A DNA stretch of 64,000 nucleotides from Sedimentisphaerales bacterium (GTDB taxonomy: Bacteria; Planctomycetota; Phycisphaerae; Sedimentisphaerales; SM23-30), in NCBI GenBank assembly GCA_963663805.2, contig CAXXMR010000013.1, positions 320,001-384,000 on the forward strand. Reading direction: 5' to 3'. Positions within the stretch are counted from its first letter, which is position 1. Every line of letters starts with the position of its first letter. The notes below the pieces were generated by a model, which saw only the letters and a program-made list of their open reading frames with translations, made no database searches and was not told where the DNA came from. This document shows, one piece after another, positions 8,430 through 17,431 of this stretch. The translations under genes and the position numbers were made by a program.

Positions 8430-9464
8430 TTGCGTAATGTGTCGTTTGTGGATGATGACGATAATGATGTCTCAGTTAGTTACCGTTATACGCCACAATT
8501 CGGCAATATGGTATATCGGGAAAAGGCCGTCAATGAGGCCGTAGTTGAGCGTAAGAAGATTATTTCCGATATTACCGGCAAATACCCGCTGGTTTTGATG
8601 GAAATCGAAATGGATGAATATTTGGAACCGGTGAGTTATCAATCGTACTATTATGCCAATAACCAGATTTTGGCTCAGTTGCAAAGAGATACGGTCAATT
8701 CTGACTGGTACTATTATCTTTGTGATCGCTTGGGTAGTGTTCGGACCTTGATAGATTGTAATTCTGATACTGTTAGTAGTTACACATATGATTCATTTGG
8801 TAATAGGTTTGAATCCGAAACCTATGAAAATCACACAGTAGATAACCCGTACCAGTTCGCAGGCTACCGCTGGGATGAAGACGCCGAAATGTTCTACTGT
8901 AATGCTCGGTGGTATAATCCGGAGATATACCGCTTTACAGGACGTGATCCGGTGAGAGGTGAATACGAGGACCCCCTGACGTTACATGCATATTTGTACT
9001 GCGTGAATGACCCGGTTGATTATATAGATCCATCAGGCAGATATGCGTTAGACGCGGTTGTGAATGCTATTGAAACATACACTTTGGGAGTAGAAATATT
9101 AGCAGCGGGTGTGGATACTGATAATGACACTATATTTAAAATAGGTGAATTTGTTACCGTTTTAACACCAGTTGTGTATGCAGTGAGTTTGGCGACGGGC
9201 GGAACTGACCTCGCAGATTTTTTTGGTGATGACAATAAAGGTTTGACTCCTGGTCAAAATGCTCTTAAAAATATCCTGAAAGAAAGGAGGAAAACCGGTA
9301 AACGACTTGATGATGTTGATGTTGATGTTGATATTATAAAGAATTGGGCAAAAGAATTAGGGTTAGTATTTCGTGATGATAGAGGAACTGATCATTGGAT
9401 CGGTGGCTCACATGTTCATGTAGATGGGATAGGTAAATGGGGAAATCATATCCCTATAAATTAG
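8430..9464 (+). CDS. Orphan RHS core + C-terminal toxin (His-rich)
   Basis: YYYLCDRLGSVR, YTYDSFG, PYQFAG, ARWYNP..RFTGRDP, DPVDYIDPSG, then variable CT; no long YD-repeat N-terminus. Confidence 0.88.
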   Translation: MRNVSFVDDDDNDVSVSYRYTPQFGNMVYREKAVNEAVVERKKIISDITGKYPLVLMEIEMDEYLEPVSYQSYYYANNQILAQLQRDTVNSDWYYYLCDRLGSVRTLIDCNSDTVSSYTYDSFGNRFESETYENHTVDNPYQFAGYRWDEDAEMFYCNARWYNPEIYRFTGRDPVRGEYEDPLTLHAYLYCVNDPVDYIDPSGRYALDAVVNAIETYTLGVEILAAGVDTDNDTIFKIGEFVTVLTPVVYAVSLATGGTDLADFFGDDNKGLTPGQNALKNILKERRKTGKRLDDVDVDVDIIKNWAKELGLVFRDDRGTDHWIGGSHVHVDGIGKWGNHIPIN

Positions 9465-9489
9465 AAAGCCTTTGGGATGGGAGCGATTT

Positions 9490-10083
9490 ATGAAAAATAA
9501 AAATGTAGGCTACCTTGTTGTCTGTGACGATTGTGAATATAACATATTATTGAAAGACGGAAGGAAATATTGTGGCATCGAAAAAGATTTGCCAAAATTA
9601 TTCTATGGGGATTTTTATGAGAATAATTTAGATGATCGAATTTTATCTATTTATGAAAAAATGTGTGATAATTACTTTTGTAATATTTTAACGGATTTTT
9701 TTGCAGAGGTGGAGTGTGCAAAAGAGTTGCGTGATTACTGTAACACAAGGTGGCCTGGCCATGAGTGTGAGATTATCTCCTTTAGCTTAGCAAGATACGA
9801 TAGGGTTCAAAGTGGATCAAGAAAATATGAAACCGAGTTTATCGGGTATGATGTGATTTTTGCGGGACATTGGTACTCTTTGATTCTAAACACTTTTTTT
9901 TTCAAAGAAGATATTTTTAGTAAATATTTGTATTCGATTAATGAATATGGTTTATTCTCAAACATATTTGTAATAGACCAATTCGTAACCAATTACCGTT
10001 TGATGGCTAAAAGTGATGTTTGTGAACCTCTGGGGGCAGAAAATAAATATTTAATCTTAGAAATAAATAAAATTATTGTTTAG
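9490..10083 (+). CDS. Putative immunity protein for the RHS CT
   Basis: Immediately downstream of the toxin; IGYDV...YSLI...INEYGLFS pattern. Confidence 0.6.
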   Translation: MKNKNVGYLVVCDDCEYNILLKDGRKYCGIEKDLPKLFYGDFYENNLDDRILSIYEKMCDNYFCNILTDFFAEVECAKELRDYCNTRWPGHECEIISFSLARYDRVQSGSRKYETEFIGYDVIFAGHWYSLILNTFFFKEDIFSKYLYSINEYGLFSNIFVIDQFVTNYRLMAKSDVCEPLGAENKYLILEINKIIV

Positions 10084-10140
10084 TTCCAAGTCTGTGTTGT
10101 TTAATTGTCACAATAAGTTACCGGCAAATACCCGTTAGTA

Positions 10141-10863
10141 TTGATGGAGATCGCTATCAATGAGGATCCGAATATAGTGGACAGTCAGTCGTATTACTAT
10201 GCCAATAACCAGATGGTCTCCCGTCTCGACCAGTCCAGCGACCCCAATGATAACGCCTGCTACTATTACCCCATCGACCGCCTGGGCAGCGTGCGGCTAA
10301 TGCTCGACACTAACGCTGCCCCGCAAAACAGCTACACCTACGACCCCTTCGGCAACCATCTCGAATCCGAAACCTATGAAACGGTAGATAATGCTTACCA
10401 GTTCGCAGGCTACTGCTGGGACCAGGACGCCGAAATGTTCTACTGCAACGCTAGCTGGTACAACCCAGAAATCTACCGCTTCACCGGTCGTGATCCGGTA
10501 AGAGGTAAGTATAAGGAGCCGTTGACACTTCATGCTTATTTGTATTGCGTGAACGACCCAATAAATAACAAAGACACAAATGGGAAATGCTTTTTTACCA
10601 TAGCGGTTTTTTTAGCTGGTTCCGCTATTCGGTTGTATTTGCAAGGAGAAGATAATGCTAGGGTTGGAGCTACTGTAACTGCCGCCTTGTCATTTATTGG
10701 TGTAATCATGGACTATTACCTATTTTGGCCAAAAGTACAGTCTGTTGTTGATAGGTTTGGTGGTAAGCAGACGCAAATACCAACAGAGAAAGGTATCAAT
10801 AAAATGGATGAAAATGAAATTATAGATAAATTTATTGAAAACCAACAAAAAAACTCGGGATAA
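10141..10863 (+). CDS. Second orphan RHS core fragment + hydrophobic CT
   Basis: Core similar at DNA level to 8572-9015; DPINNKDTNG, then hydrophobic tip. Confidence 0.82.
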   Translation: MMEIAINEDPNIVDSQSYYYANNQMVSRLDQSSDPNDNACYYYPIDRLGSVRLMLDTNAAPQNSYTYDPFGNHLESETYETVDNAYQFAGYCWDQDAEMFYCNASWYNPEIYRFTGRDPVRGKYKEPLTLHAYLYCVNDPINNKDTNGKCFFTIAVFLAGSAIRLYLQGEDNARVGATVTAALSFIGVIMDYYLFWPKVQSVVDRFGGKQTQIPTEKGINKMDENEIIDKFIENQQKNSG

Positions 10864-10888
10864 ATAATCAAATATTAAGGGATGTAAT

Positions 10889-11125
10889 ATGAGAAAAAAA
10901 CACACGATAAAACCTATATTATGGTCACTAACGATTATAGTGTTTGTCTGGCTTGCAATTATTACAGGCAAGATGCGGGACTGGCCTATCTTCGGAATTG
11001 TTTTATTATTTCTTTCTTTTGTTCTTCATAGTTTTTTATTAGATATTCACTATACGAGCATCAAAAAACAATATGGTAAAATCGAAGAACATTTAAGATA
11101 CTTAAGTAAAAAAGAAGGTAGCTGA
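10889..11125 (+). CDS. Small two-TM putative immunity protein
   Basis: Downstream of CT2; paralogous to next ORF. Confidence 0.55.
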   Translation: MRKKHTIKPILWSLTIIVFVWLAIITGKMRDWPIFGIVLLFLSFVLHSFLLDIHYTSIKKQYGKIEEHLRYLSKKEGS

Positions 11126-11173
11126 ATTGAAGTGGTCAAAAGTTAACTCTATGAAAATTTTAATCTTGTGTTT

Positions 11174-11416
11174 ATGAAAAAAAAACATTACATTATTTTT
11201 ATGGCACTTGCTTTTTTTTACGGAGCGGTGGTTTTGGGTTGGTCAGTTTTCTCAGGCTATAGGAAGCAGTGGGTAGAATTTGGTGTTGGCTTGTTTCTTT
11301 GTTCGATAGCAGTTTTTTTAATTATATCATTTGAGAACTACAGAAAAACAATGAAACAAATCTATAAGATAAACAATAAGCTTGACCAGCTTGTCGAAAA
11401 ACAAGAAGCCAATTAG
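11174..11416 (+). CDS. Small two-TM putative immunity protein (paralog)
   Basis: Shared KKH...G...W..FG..L...Y...KQ..KI...L pattern with 10889-11125. Confidence 0.55.
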   Translation: MKKKHYIIFMALAFFYGAVVLGWSVFSGYRKQWVEFGVGLFLCSIAVFLIISFENYRKTMKQIYKINNKLDQLVEKQEAN

Positions 11417-11517
11417 CAACCATTACTGGGTTGTTTCTAAGCTAATCAAACATGGGTTGCAGTTGCAATCTCATTATTAATTGTTCCCTTTTTTGATACA
11501 CTTGACCTATTTTCATT

Positions 11518-12912
11518 CTAAGTGCCCTTTTTCTCAATTCTAAAAAACTCATTTTCAATCTTTAGACAGGCTTCTTTGAGTTCGTTATGAACCCTTCGGT
11601 GAGAATATCGTTCAGATGTTCTTCCCGTTGAATGACCCATAACCAAATTAGAATGATATTGACTTACTCCAACTTCATTAGCAATAGTCTGGAATGTGTC
11701 TCTTAGATGCTGAAACTCGACTTTCAGCAAATTACACTTTTTCCTTATCTCATAAATACGAGTTCTCAATCCTTCTGCATTTTTATATTCTGAACCGTGT
11801 CGAGAAGTAAAAAGAACGTCAGATATATCATTTCTAGTCCGTAAATACGCTTTTAAATCTGCGATAGTCCTATCCCACAGATATGCAATTTTACTACAAT
11901 TTCCCGTTTTTATTCTCTTGGTAATAAGAGTCTGTTCGCCGAAATCTATATCTGTAATTTTAAATCTTGCTACTTCTCTTAAATAGGTCGCTGTATTCAG
12001 ACAAAGCATCAAAACAGCCTTTACCTGTAAATCTCCCTTTTTATCAGCAGCCTCATATAACTTTTTGAAATCCTTATATTTTACTACTTGAGCCGCAATA
12101 GTATTAGAAGTATTAACTTCTAAACTTTCCCATTTATCAAAATAGTCCAAAACTTTCAAAAGTTTTGTCGTATCATCGAAGTTTTTAAGGTTGAACCTAA
12201 AGATTTTCGATACTCTGTTTTTGTAATGGTGGATCGTCTTATCTGCCAATTTTTTGGAGTGTAAATATGTTTCATACTTCTTAACATCTGCCAAAGTAAT
12301 TTGCTCAAGGTGTGTTTTGCCTATTAGACTACAGAACTCATTCCAAGTTTTTTTAGTTTTTTTCTTTTCGTCATCATCCTTAATATTTTTATATCTAGCC
12401 GAATTGACATAGTTATTAAAAAGTGTTTTTAATGCTATTTGCTCTTGTTGAACGTAATCGTAAAAATGATTGAAAGCGTCGATCCCTGTTTTCTTAGCTA
12501 ATTCATGAGGGTTTTGAAGTTCTTTCTTGAGCCAATTGATAAACTGCTCTTCAGTGGCAGGTTGAGTTATTTTATTTAATATATACTCTCCTGTCTCAGG
12601 ATCTATACTGGGCCCAAACCCCCAGGGATTCATAGCGGTTTGAATGGTTACGTTAACAGTCTTTTCAGCCTCTCCCTTGAGTCCTTTTACTATGGCTCTG
12701 AACTTAATGACAGCATTACCTAAATCTGATTTGAGCCATACCTGTTTACTTCTTTTGGCCCCTTCTCCAGCCAGTTCCTTGGGTATCATCGTGTAGTAGG
12801 AGTTTTTGCTTTTGTTGTAGGATAAGCCGATATCTCTGCCGTTGATTTTGTCGGATATTTCTGTGCCATTCTGGGTCTCATATACGGCTTTTATTCCTGT
12901 CTTTTTTCCCAT
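11518..12912 (-). CDS. Tyrosine integrase of the island
   Basis: KRIKTG, FQHLRDTFQT, MGHS, RY catalytic Tyr; adjacent to att site. Confidence 0.85.
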   Translation of the reverse strand: MGKKTGIKAVYETQNGTEISDKINGRDIGLSYNKSKNSYYTMIPKELAGEGAKRSKQVWLKSDLGNAVIKFRAIVKGLKGEAEKTVNVTIQTAMNPWGFGPSIDPETGEYILNKITQPATEEQFINWLKKELQNPHELAKKTGIDAFNHFYDYVQQEQIALKTLFNNYVNSARYKNIKDDDEKKKTKKTWNEFCSLIGKTHLEQITLADVKKYETYLHSKKLADKTIHHYKNRVSKIFRFNLKNFDDTTKLLKVLDYFDKWESLEVNTSNTIAAQVVKYKDFKKLYEAADKKGDLQVKAVLMLCLNTATYLREVARFKITDIDFGEQTLITKRIKTGNCSKIAYLWDRTIADLKAYLRTRNDISDVLFTSRHGSEYKNAEGLRTRIYEIRKKCNLLKVEFQHLRDTFQTIANEVGVSQYHSNLVMGHSTGRTSERYSHRRVHNELKEACLKIENEFFRIEKKGT

Positions 12913-12989
12913 TTGGTTATCCTTTTAGCTGGACAATATAAGGTACTTGACCAATAATAATACTCGATTTTTGTGCTAAAAACAAGGGT

Positions 12990-13013
12990 TAATGTAGTAA
13001 GTAATGTAGTAAG
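12990..13013. repeat. Tandem 12-bp direct repeat, possible integrase arm-type sites
   Basis: taatgtagtaag x2 between integrase and att core. Confidence 0.55.
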
Positions 13014-13044
13014 AACCTGATTAAAGGAAAAAAAAGGATAATAC

Positions 13045-13074
13045 TAACGGGGTTCGAGTCCCCTTGGGGTATTA
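13045..13074 (+). other. att site: 3' fragment of a tRNA (Glu-like)
   Basis: taacggggTTCGAGTccccttggggt = T-arm plus acceptor 3' strand; no 5' half upstream. Confidence 0.75.
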
Positions 13075-13077
13075 AGT

Positions 13078-13142
13078 AAGTCCCTGTAACAGCAGGCGTT
13101 AGCGCGAAACCGCGACTGCCTGCAACTACAGGGACTTTTTTT
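13078..13142 (+). terminator. Terminator downstream of the tRNA fragment
   Basis: aagtccctgta...tacagggactttttt. Confidence 0.7.
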
Positions 13143-13161
13143 GTCTCATTCAAACCTTTTT

Positions 13162-14538
13162 TTAATGAGCGACCGGTTCTCCCAGCATACCTTTCAGTTC
13201 GCCCAGCTTGCTCGCCAGCAGGTCGTCGTTTTGAGCTTCGACTACCAGACGCAGCAGAGGTTCGGTATTGCTCGGACGGCAGTTGAACCACCAGTCGTCG
13301 AACTGCACCGTTACGCCGTCCAGATGGTCCACCCGACCGTCGGAAAATTTTTCCGCCAGCTCTTTCATCATCCCTTCTTTGTCCTCAACCTCAAAATTCG
13401 TTTCGCCGCTGGTCTTGTATCTTTGCAGCGGCTTGACCAGTTCGCTCATAGGCTTGTCGGATTCCGAGAGAATATTCATCAGATGAGCGAAAGTTATCAT
13501 CGCACTGTCAGCGAAGTAATTGTCGCGATAATAGAAGTGCCCGCTAAGTTCTCCGCCGAACACCGCTTTGGTATCCTTGAGCGTCTTTTTCATAAACGAA
13601 TGACCGACTCTTTCACGACGCGGCACACCGCCGAATTTCTTAACTTCTTCCTCGACCACGCGGCTGGAACGCAAATCATAAACGATTGTCGAGCCGGGGT
13701 TGTCTTTCAGAAAATAGCCCGCGAACAGTGCCGTTGTAATATCGCAGCCGATAGTCTGGCCCTTTTCGTCAACCAGGATAAGTCGGTCGGCGTCGCCGTC
13801 AAAACAGATACCCAAATCAGCCTGCCGATTTTTGAGAGTCTGCTTGAGTTCCACCAGATTGCCTTCAACCAGCGGATTCGGGTCATGTTTGAACGTGCCG
13901 TTGCATTCAAAATTAAGCGGGATAATATCCAACGCGTCATCATCGAAAAGTTTGGTTAGCCATTTGCCCGCCATACCGTTTGAGGCGTCAACCACGATTT
14001 TAAGCTTTTTCAGATTATTGCCTAAAAACTGCCGTACGTGCTGACGATAAGGCTCGGTCAAATCCTGATGGGTTACCTGGCCGTTACCGGCGCCCGCCGT
14101 ATGACGCAGCGAAGTTGCGATATGTTTAATCTCCAGCAGCCCCGTATCACTGCCTACCGGACGGGCCTTCTGACCGCTGATTTTGAATCCGTTGTACTGT
14201 CCCGGATTATGGCTGGCCGTGGTCTGTACGCCGCCGCAGGTCCCCAGATGGTTCACCGCGAAATAAATCTGTGGGGTGTCAATCATGCCGATGTCAATCA
14301 CATTAGCCCCCGAAGCCGTCATGCCTTTGATGAGTGCTTCACTGAGTGATGGACTGTGGCTGCGCATGTCGCGACCAACCACCAGCGATTGAGAATTCGC
14401 CTGACCTCGTTCGTAGCCCTGCAATAGCGAACGCAGAAACTGAGCCGACGCGTGACCGATTTTCCAGGCCCCGTCTTCGTCAATCTGTTCCGGATACAAC
14501 CCGCGAATGTCATAAGCCTTAAAAATTTTCTCGTCCAT
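13162..14538 (-). CDS. Phosphomannomutase/phosphoglucomutase
   Basis: FKAYDIRG, TASHNP, FDGDADR, GGELSGH, RPSNTEP. Confidence 0.95.
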   Translation of the reverse strand: MDEKIFKAYDIRGLYPEQIDEDGAWKIGHASAQFLRSLLQGYERGQANSQSLVVGRDMRSHSPSLSEALIKGMTASGANVIDIGMIDTPQIYFAVNHLGTCGGVQTTASHNPGQYNGFKISGQKARPVGSDTGLLEIKHIATSLRHTAGAGNGQVTHQDLTEPYRQHVRQFLGNNLKKLKIVVDASNGMAGKWLTKLFDDDALDIIPLNFECNGTFKHDPNPLVEGNLVELKQTLKNRQADLGICFDGDADRLILVDEKGQTIGCDITTALFAGYFLKDNPGSTIVYDLRSSRVVEEEVKKFGGVPRRERVGHSFMKKTLKDTKAVFGGELSGHFYYRDNYFADSAMITFAHLMNILSESDKPMSELVKPLQRYKTSGETNFEVEDKEGMMKELAEKFSDGRVDHLDGVTVQFDDWWFNCRPSNTEPLLRLVVEAQNDDLLASKLGELKGMLGEPVAH

Positions 14539-14556
14539 CAGAATTACCTTTCAATT

Positions 14557-14856
14557 TCAGTGAATTGTCTCGTCGTCGAAATCGTCCTCGTCGTCATCGT
14601 ATTTCCAACCGTCGGATTCTTCGAGGTCGTCCATTTCTCTTTTCATAAATTCAAACATCTTCTTCTGCATCGGGGCCAGCTTCTGATGCCATTGCAATGT
14701 TGCCTGATAGCAGTGCAGCAGAGCGTCCATCCGCAGGAGCTGCATCTTCTCCAGACACTCCGGCTCCTTGATAGTACTAAACGGGTCACACTTGAGCATT
14801 ATCCGCCCCGTGGCCTCATCCCGGCTGAAATATTCGCAATCCTTACATTGCAGCAT
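14557..14856 (-). CDS. Conserved hypothetical protein (CxxC, acidic tail)
   Basis: Clean ORF with RBS gggag, co-oriented with the mutase. Confidence 0.65.
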   Translation of the reverse strand: MLQCKDCEYFSRDEATGRIMLKCDPFSTIKEPECLEKMQLLRMDALLHCYQATLQWHQKLAPMQKKMFEFMKREMDDLEESDGWKYDDDEDDFDDETIH

Positions 14857-15075
14857 CGAACAGACTCCCTGGCTTTCGCTAATATACCCTAATATCAGCC
14901 GGTATGCTAAACGATACCCCCACCTAAATCAAGCCGCAATGCAACCTGCTAAAACTATCATCTTGCCCTGGTTCGCCCCCATCATAAGGCCTTGCCTTGC
15001 ATCTAATTTCTTAATAAAACCCCCGTTTTTTCTCTCAAAAATCACCAAAAAATCGGAAAAAACACGAAAAAATCG

Positions 15076-16523
15076 CAATCCTGTTCGGCACATTTATTGC
15101 TTTAGGCTTTTGGCCTCCTGTATTTTTTTAAAAAAAACCCGAAATGTTAAGATAGGTAATTTGCGCTCGAGGGATATTTATGCTCTAATAGGAGGCATGA
15201 GTGCTAAGCGTCAGAAAATCAAGGAGCGGGACCTGCGTGGGTTCAAGTATTTCAAGTCCCTCTCGGCTCTGCTGAAAGGTCTTCACTCGGCGGGATGTGA
15301 GCGGGACCGGGCCGGCAATCGCACATTATTCATGGACCAGTATGTCAGTCTGCTGCTGTTATACATGTTCAATCCGATCTGCAGTTCCATCCGGTCTTTG
15401 CAGCAGGCCGGCGAGCTCAAAAAGGTACAGCGGCTGTTGGGTTGTTCGCGTGCTTCGCTGGGTTCGCTTTCGGAAGCATCCCGGGTTTTTGAGAGTTCTT
15501 TGTTAGAGCCGATAATCGCTCAACTCACTGAGCAGTTAGGGCCGATATCTCAGGACAAAAAACTGGAAGTCGGTCAGGTCATTACCCTGGTGGACGGCAA
15601 CAGTATTCAGGCTTTGCAAAAACTCACTCAGGCTGCCTGGGACACCGACAAACCCGGAATTAAAGCACACACTCAGTTTGATCTGGAAAAATATGTGCCT
15701 CTGAAAATAAATATCAGTGAAGACAAGTCTGATGAGCGAAAGGTTTTTTTAGAGAATCTTCAGCCCGGCCGGATTTATGTCAATGATCGCGGATATGCCT
15801 GTTTTAAGCTGTTTCAGGCCATTGTGGATAGTAAAAGCTCTTTTGTCTGTCGGCTGCGTGAGGATACGGTTTACGAAACTATTCAGGAAAAACCTTTAAC
15901 TGAAGATGCTCGAAAAGCGGGGATAATTTTTGATCGTACGGTAATCGCCGGCAGCAGTGAAAAACTGCGGGAAGATTTCAAACAACCGTTACGCCTGATA
16001 GCGGTTGAATGTCAACCGCATTTGAAACGGGGCCAGGGACCACGTCAGAGTGAGATGATTTTGATTGCCACCGACCGGCTGGACCTGGACGCCGAAGTCA
16101 TTGCCCTGCTCTATCAGAAACGCTGGGCCATCGAAATATTTTTCCGCTTTTTTAAGCATGTGCTGGGCTGCCGACATCTGCTAAGCCTCTGCGAAAACGG
16201 TATCGAACTACAGATGTACGCCGCGATTATCGCCTGTATGCTGATCAGCCTGTGGACGGGCAAAAAACCAACTTTAAGAACCTACGAAATGCTCTGCTGG
16301 CACCTCTGCGGCATGGCCGACGAGCAAGAAATGCAGAACCATATCAATAAACTCCAAAGCCAAAACTAAGGCCGATCCTCAAAAAAATCGCCGCTGCCGC
16401 TGATGCTGCGCCAAAATAACCAGTGCCGACAGTCCCACTGAGGGATAATCCCCGCTAAATCATATGAACTGCAAAGACCACAGAAAAACTGTATTTGAGC
16501 AATAAATGTGCCGAACAGGATTG
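15076..16523 (+). mobile_element. IS4-family insertion sequence, apparently intact
   Basis: Perfect 26-bp terminal IRs caatcctgttcggcacatttattgct; 9-bp TSD aaaaaatcg at 15067-15075 and 16524-16532. Confidence 0.95.
15197..16369 (+). CDS. IS4-family DDE transposase
   Basis: LVDG, DRGY, Y..RW.IE.FFR..K; RBS aggagg. Confidence 0.93.
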   Translation: MSAKRQKIKERDLRGFKYFKSLSALLKGLHSAGCERDRAGNRTLFMDQYVSLLLLYMFNPICSSIRSLQQAGELKKVQRLLGCSRASLGSLSEASRVFESSLLEPIIAQLTEQLGPISQDKKLEVGQVITLVDGNSIQALQKLTQAAWDTDKPGIKAHTQFDLEKYVPLKINISEDKSDERKVFLENLQPGRIYVNDRGYACFKLFQAIVDSKSSFVCRLREDTVYETIQEKPLTEDARKAGIIFDRTVIAGSSEKLREDFKQPLRLIAVECQPHLKRGQGPRQSEMILIATDRLDLDAEVIALLYQKRWAIEIFFRFFKHVLGCRHLLSLCENGIELQMYAAIIACMLISLWTGKKPTLRTYEMLCWHLCGMADEQEMQNHINKLQSQN

Positions 16524-16605
16524 AAAAAATCGTCAAAAACCCGTCACTTCAGGCCGAAACGCGCTGGAAAATTGGCCAAATTTACCCCCCCCCCCTAGGC
16601 GCATA

Positions 16606-16636
16606 AAAATGGACAGGCCCATCACCTGCCCATTTT
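16606..16636 (-). terminator. flgM terminator
   Basis: aaaatggacagg-cccatca-cctgcccatttt. Confidence 0.55.
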
Positions 16637-16671
16637 GAAAGGAAAGATTCTGACACTGACCACAGAAATCC

Positions 16672-16959
16672 CTATTCCCCGAAGTTTTCCTCTATAAACT
16701 TATCGATAGCCTCTGGTAACTTGCTGTCTAGCTCATAGTTACCGCTGGCGAGGGCTTCTCGGATTTGTTCGACCTTTTCGCTTCTGATTTCCGGCATCGA
16801 AGCTATCTGGCTCAGATAACGCCCCACGCTGGAGATCTCCACCTGGTCGCCCTGTAGAGTGGTTTCTTTGGCTTGCTGAGGCGTCTGTGACGCCCGCGGA
16901 CCCTGCGAACCAATTGCGTTGGGTCCGCTGTATCCTTGAATTCCTCTGATGTTGTTCAT
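16672..16959 (-). CDS. flgM: Anti-sigma28 factor FlgM
   Basis: DQVEISS...PEIRSEKVEQIREALASGNY. Confidence 0.85.
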   Translation of the reverse strand: MNNIRGIQGYSGPNAIGSQGPRASQTPQQAKETTLQGDQVEISSVGRYLSQIASMPEIRSEKVEQIREALASGNYELDSKLPEAIDKFIEENFGE

Positions 16960-17074
16960 GATTTTTGTCCTTGTCTATTCTGCGTTGACAATTAACCTAA
17001 AATCCGTCGACCGACCTTTCGGCCACAATATGTTGGGTTGGAACCGGGTGTTACTGCTGTTCCTTCCACTGAAT

Positions 17075-17103
17075 TTATCGACGACAGACCGAAAGAAACT
17101 TGA
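17075..17103 (-). promoter_or_regulatory. Possible sigma28 promoter of flgM
   Basis: TCAAG-N16-GTCGATAA on minus strand; spacing slightly long. Confidence 0.4.
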
Positions 17104-17364
17104 GAAAATCGGGAAGGTGGGGGATGGCGGGGAAAGGGGGATAATAATGTTGTTATCGGGTCTTAAAAACAGTTATAGGTCGTTAAAATACAGGCAGTTA
17201 GGATATTTGGACCCTTGAATTTTACCTATTTTGACTACTTGTTCTATCTTCTTGTGTGATAAGGACCTATAACTGTGTACACAATATGTAGGTGGTCAAA
17301 AAAATTGTTTTTTTTGGGAAAAAAAGTTAAAAATTTGCGTTTTTAATAAGTTTTTGGGCAATAG

Positions 17365-17393
17365 TTGCATGAGACCGGGCCCCAATCTATAAT
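17365..17393 (+). promoter_or_regulatory. Sigma70 promoter
   Basis: TTGCAT-N17-TATAAT. Confidence 0.6.
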
Positions 17394-17431
17394 CAGACGG
17401 GTTTTTAGTCTGTCAGGAATGGAACTACTAT

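Larger units (their letters stand above)
1..13074. mobile_element. AT-rich integrative element/genomic island (left end outside window) inserted at a tRNA 3' end
   Basis: Sharp composition change near 13075; tyrosine integrase at 11518-12912 next to a tRNA 3' fragment; cargo of TA, recombinases and RHS toxins. Confidence 0.85.

Noticed and set aside
13045..13074. Complete tRNA gene
   Set aside because: Only the T-arm and acceptor 3' strand are present; upstream is A-rich with no D or anticodon arm
14768..15196. N-terminal extension of the 533-aa transposase ORF
   Set aside because: It crosses the IS left end at 15076; the real start is the ATG at 15197 with an aggagg RBS
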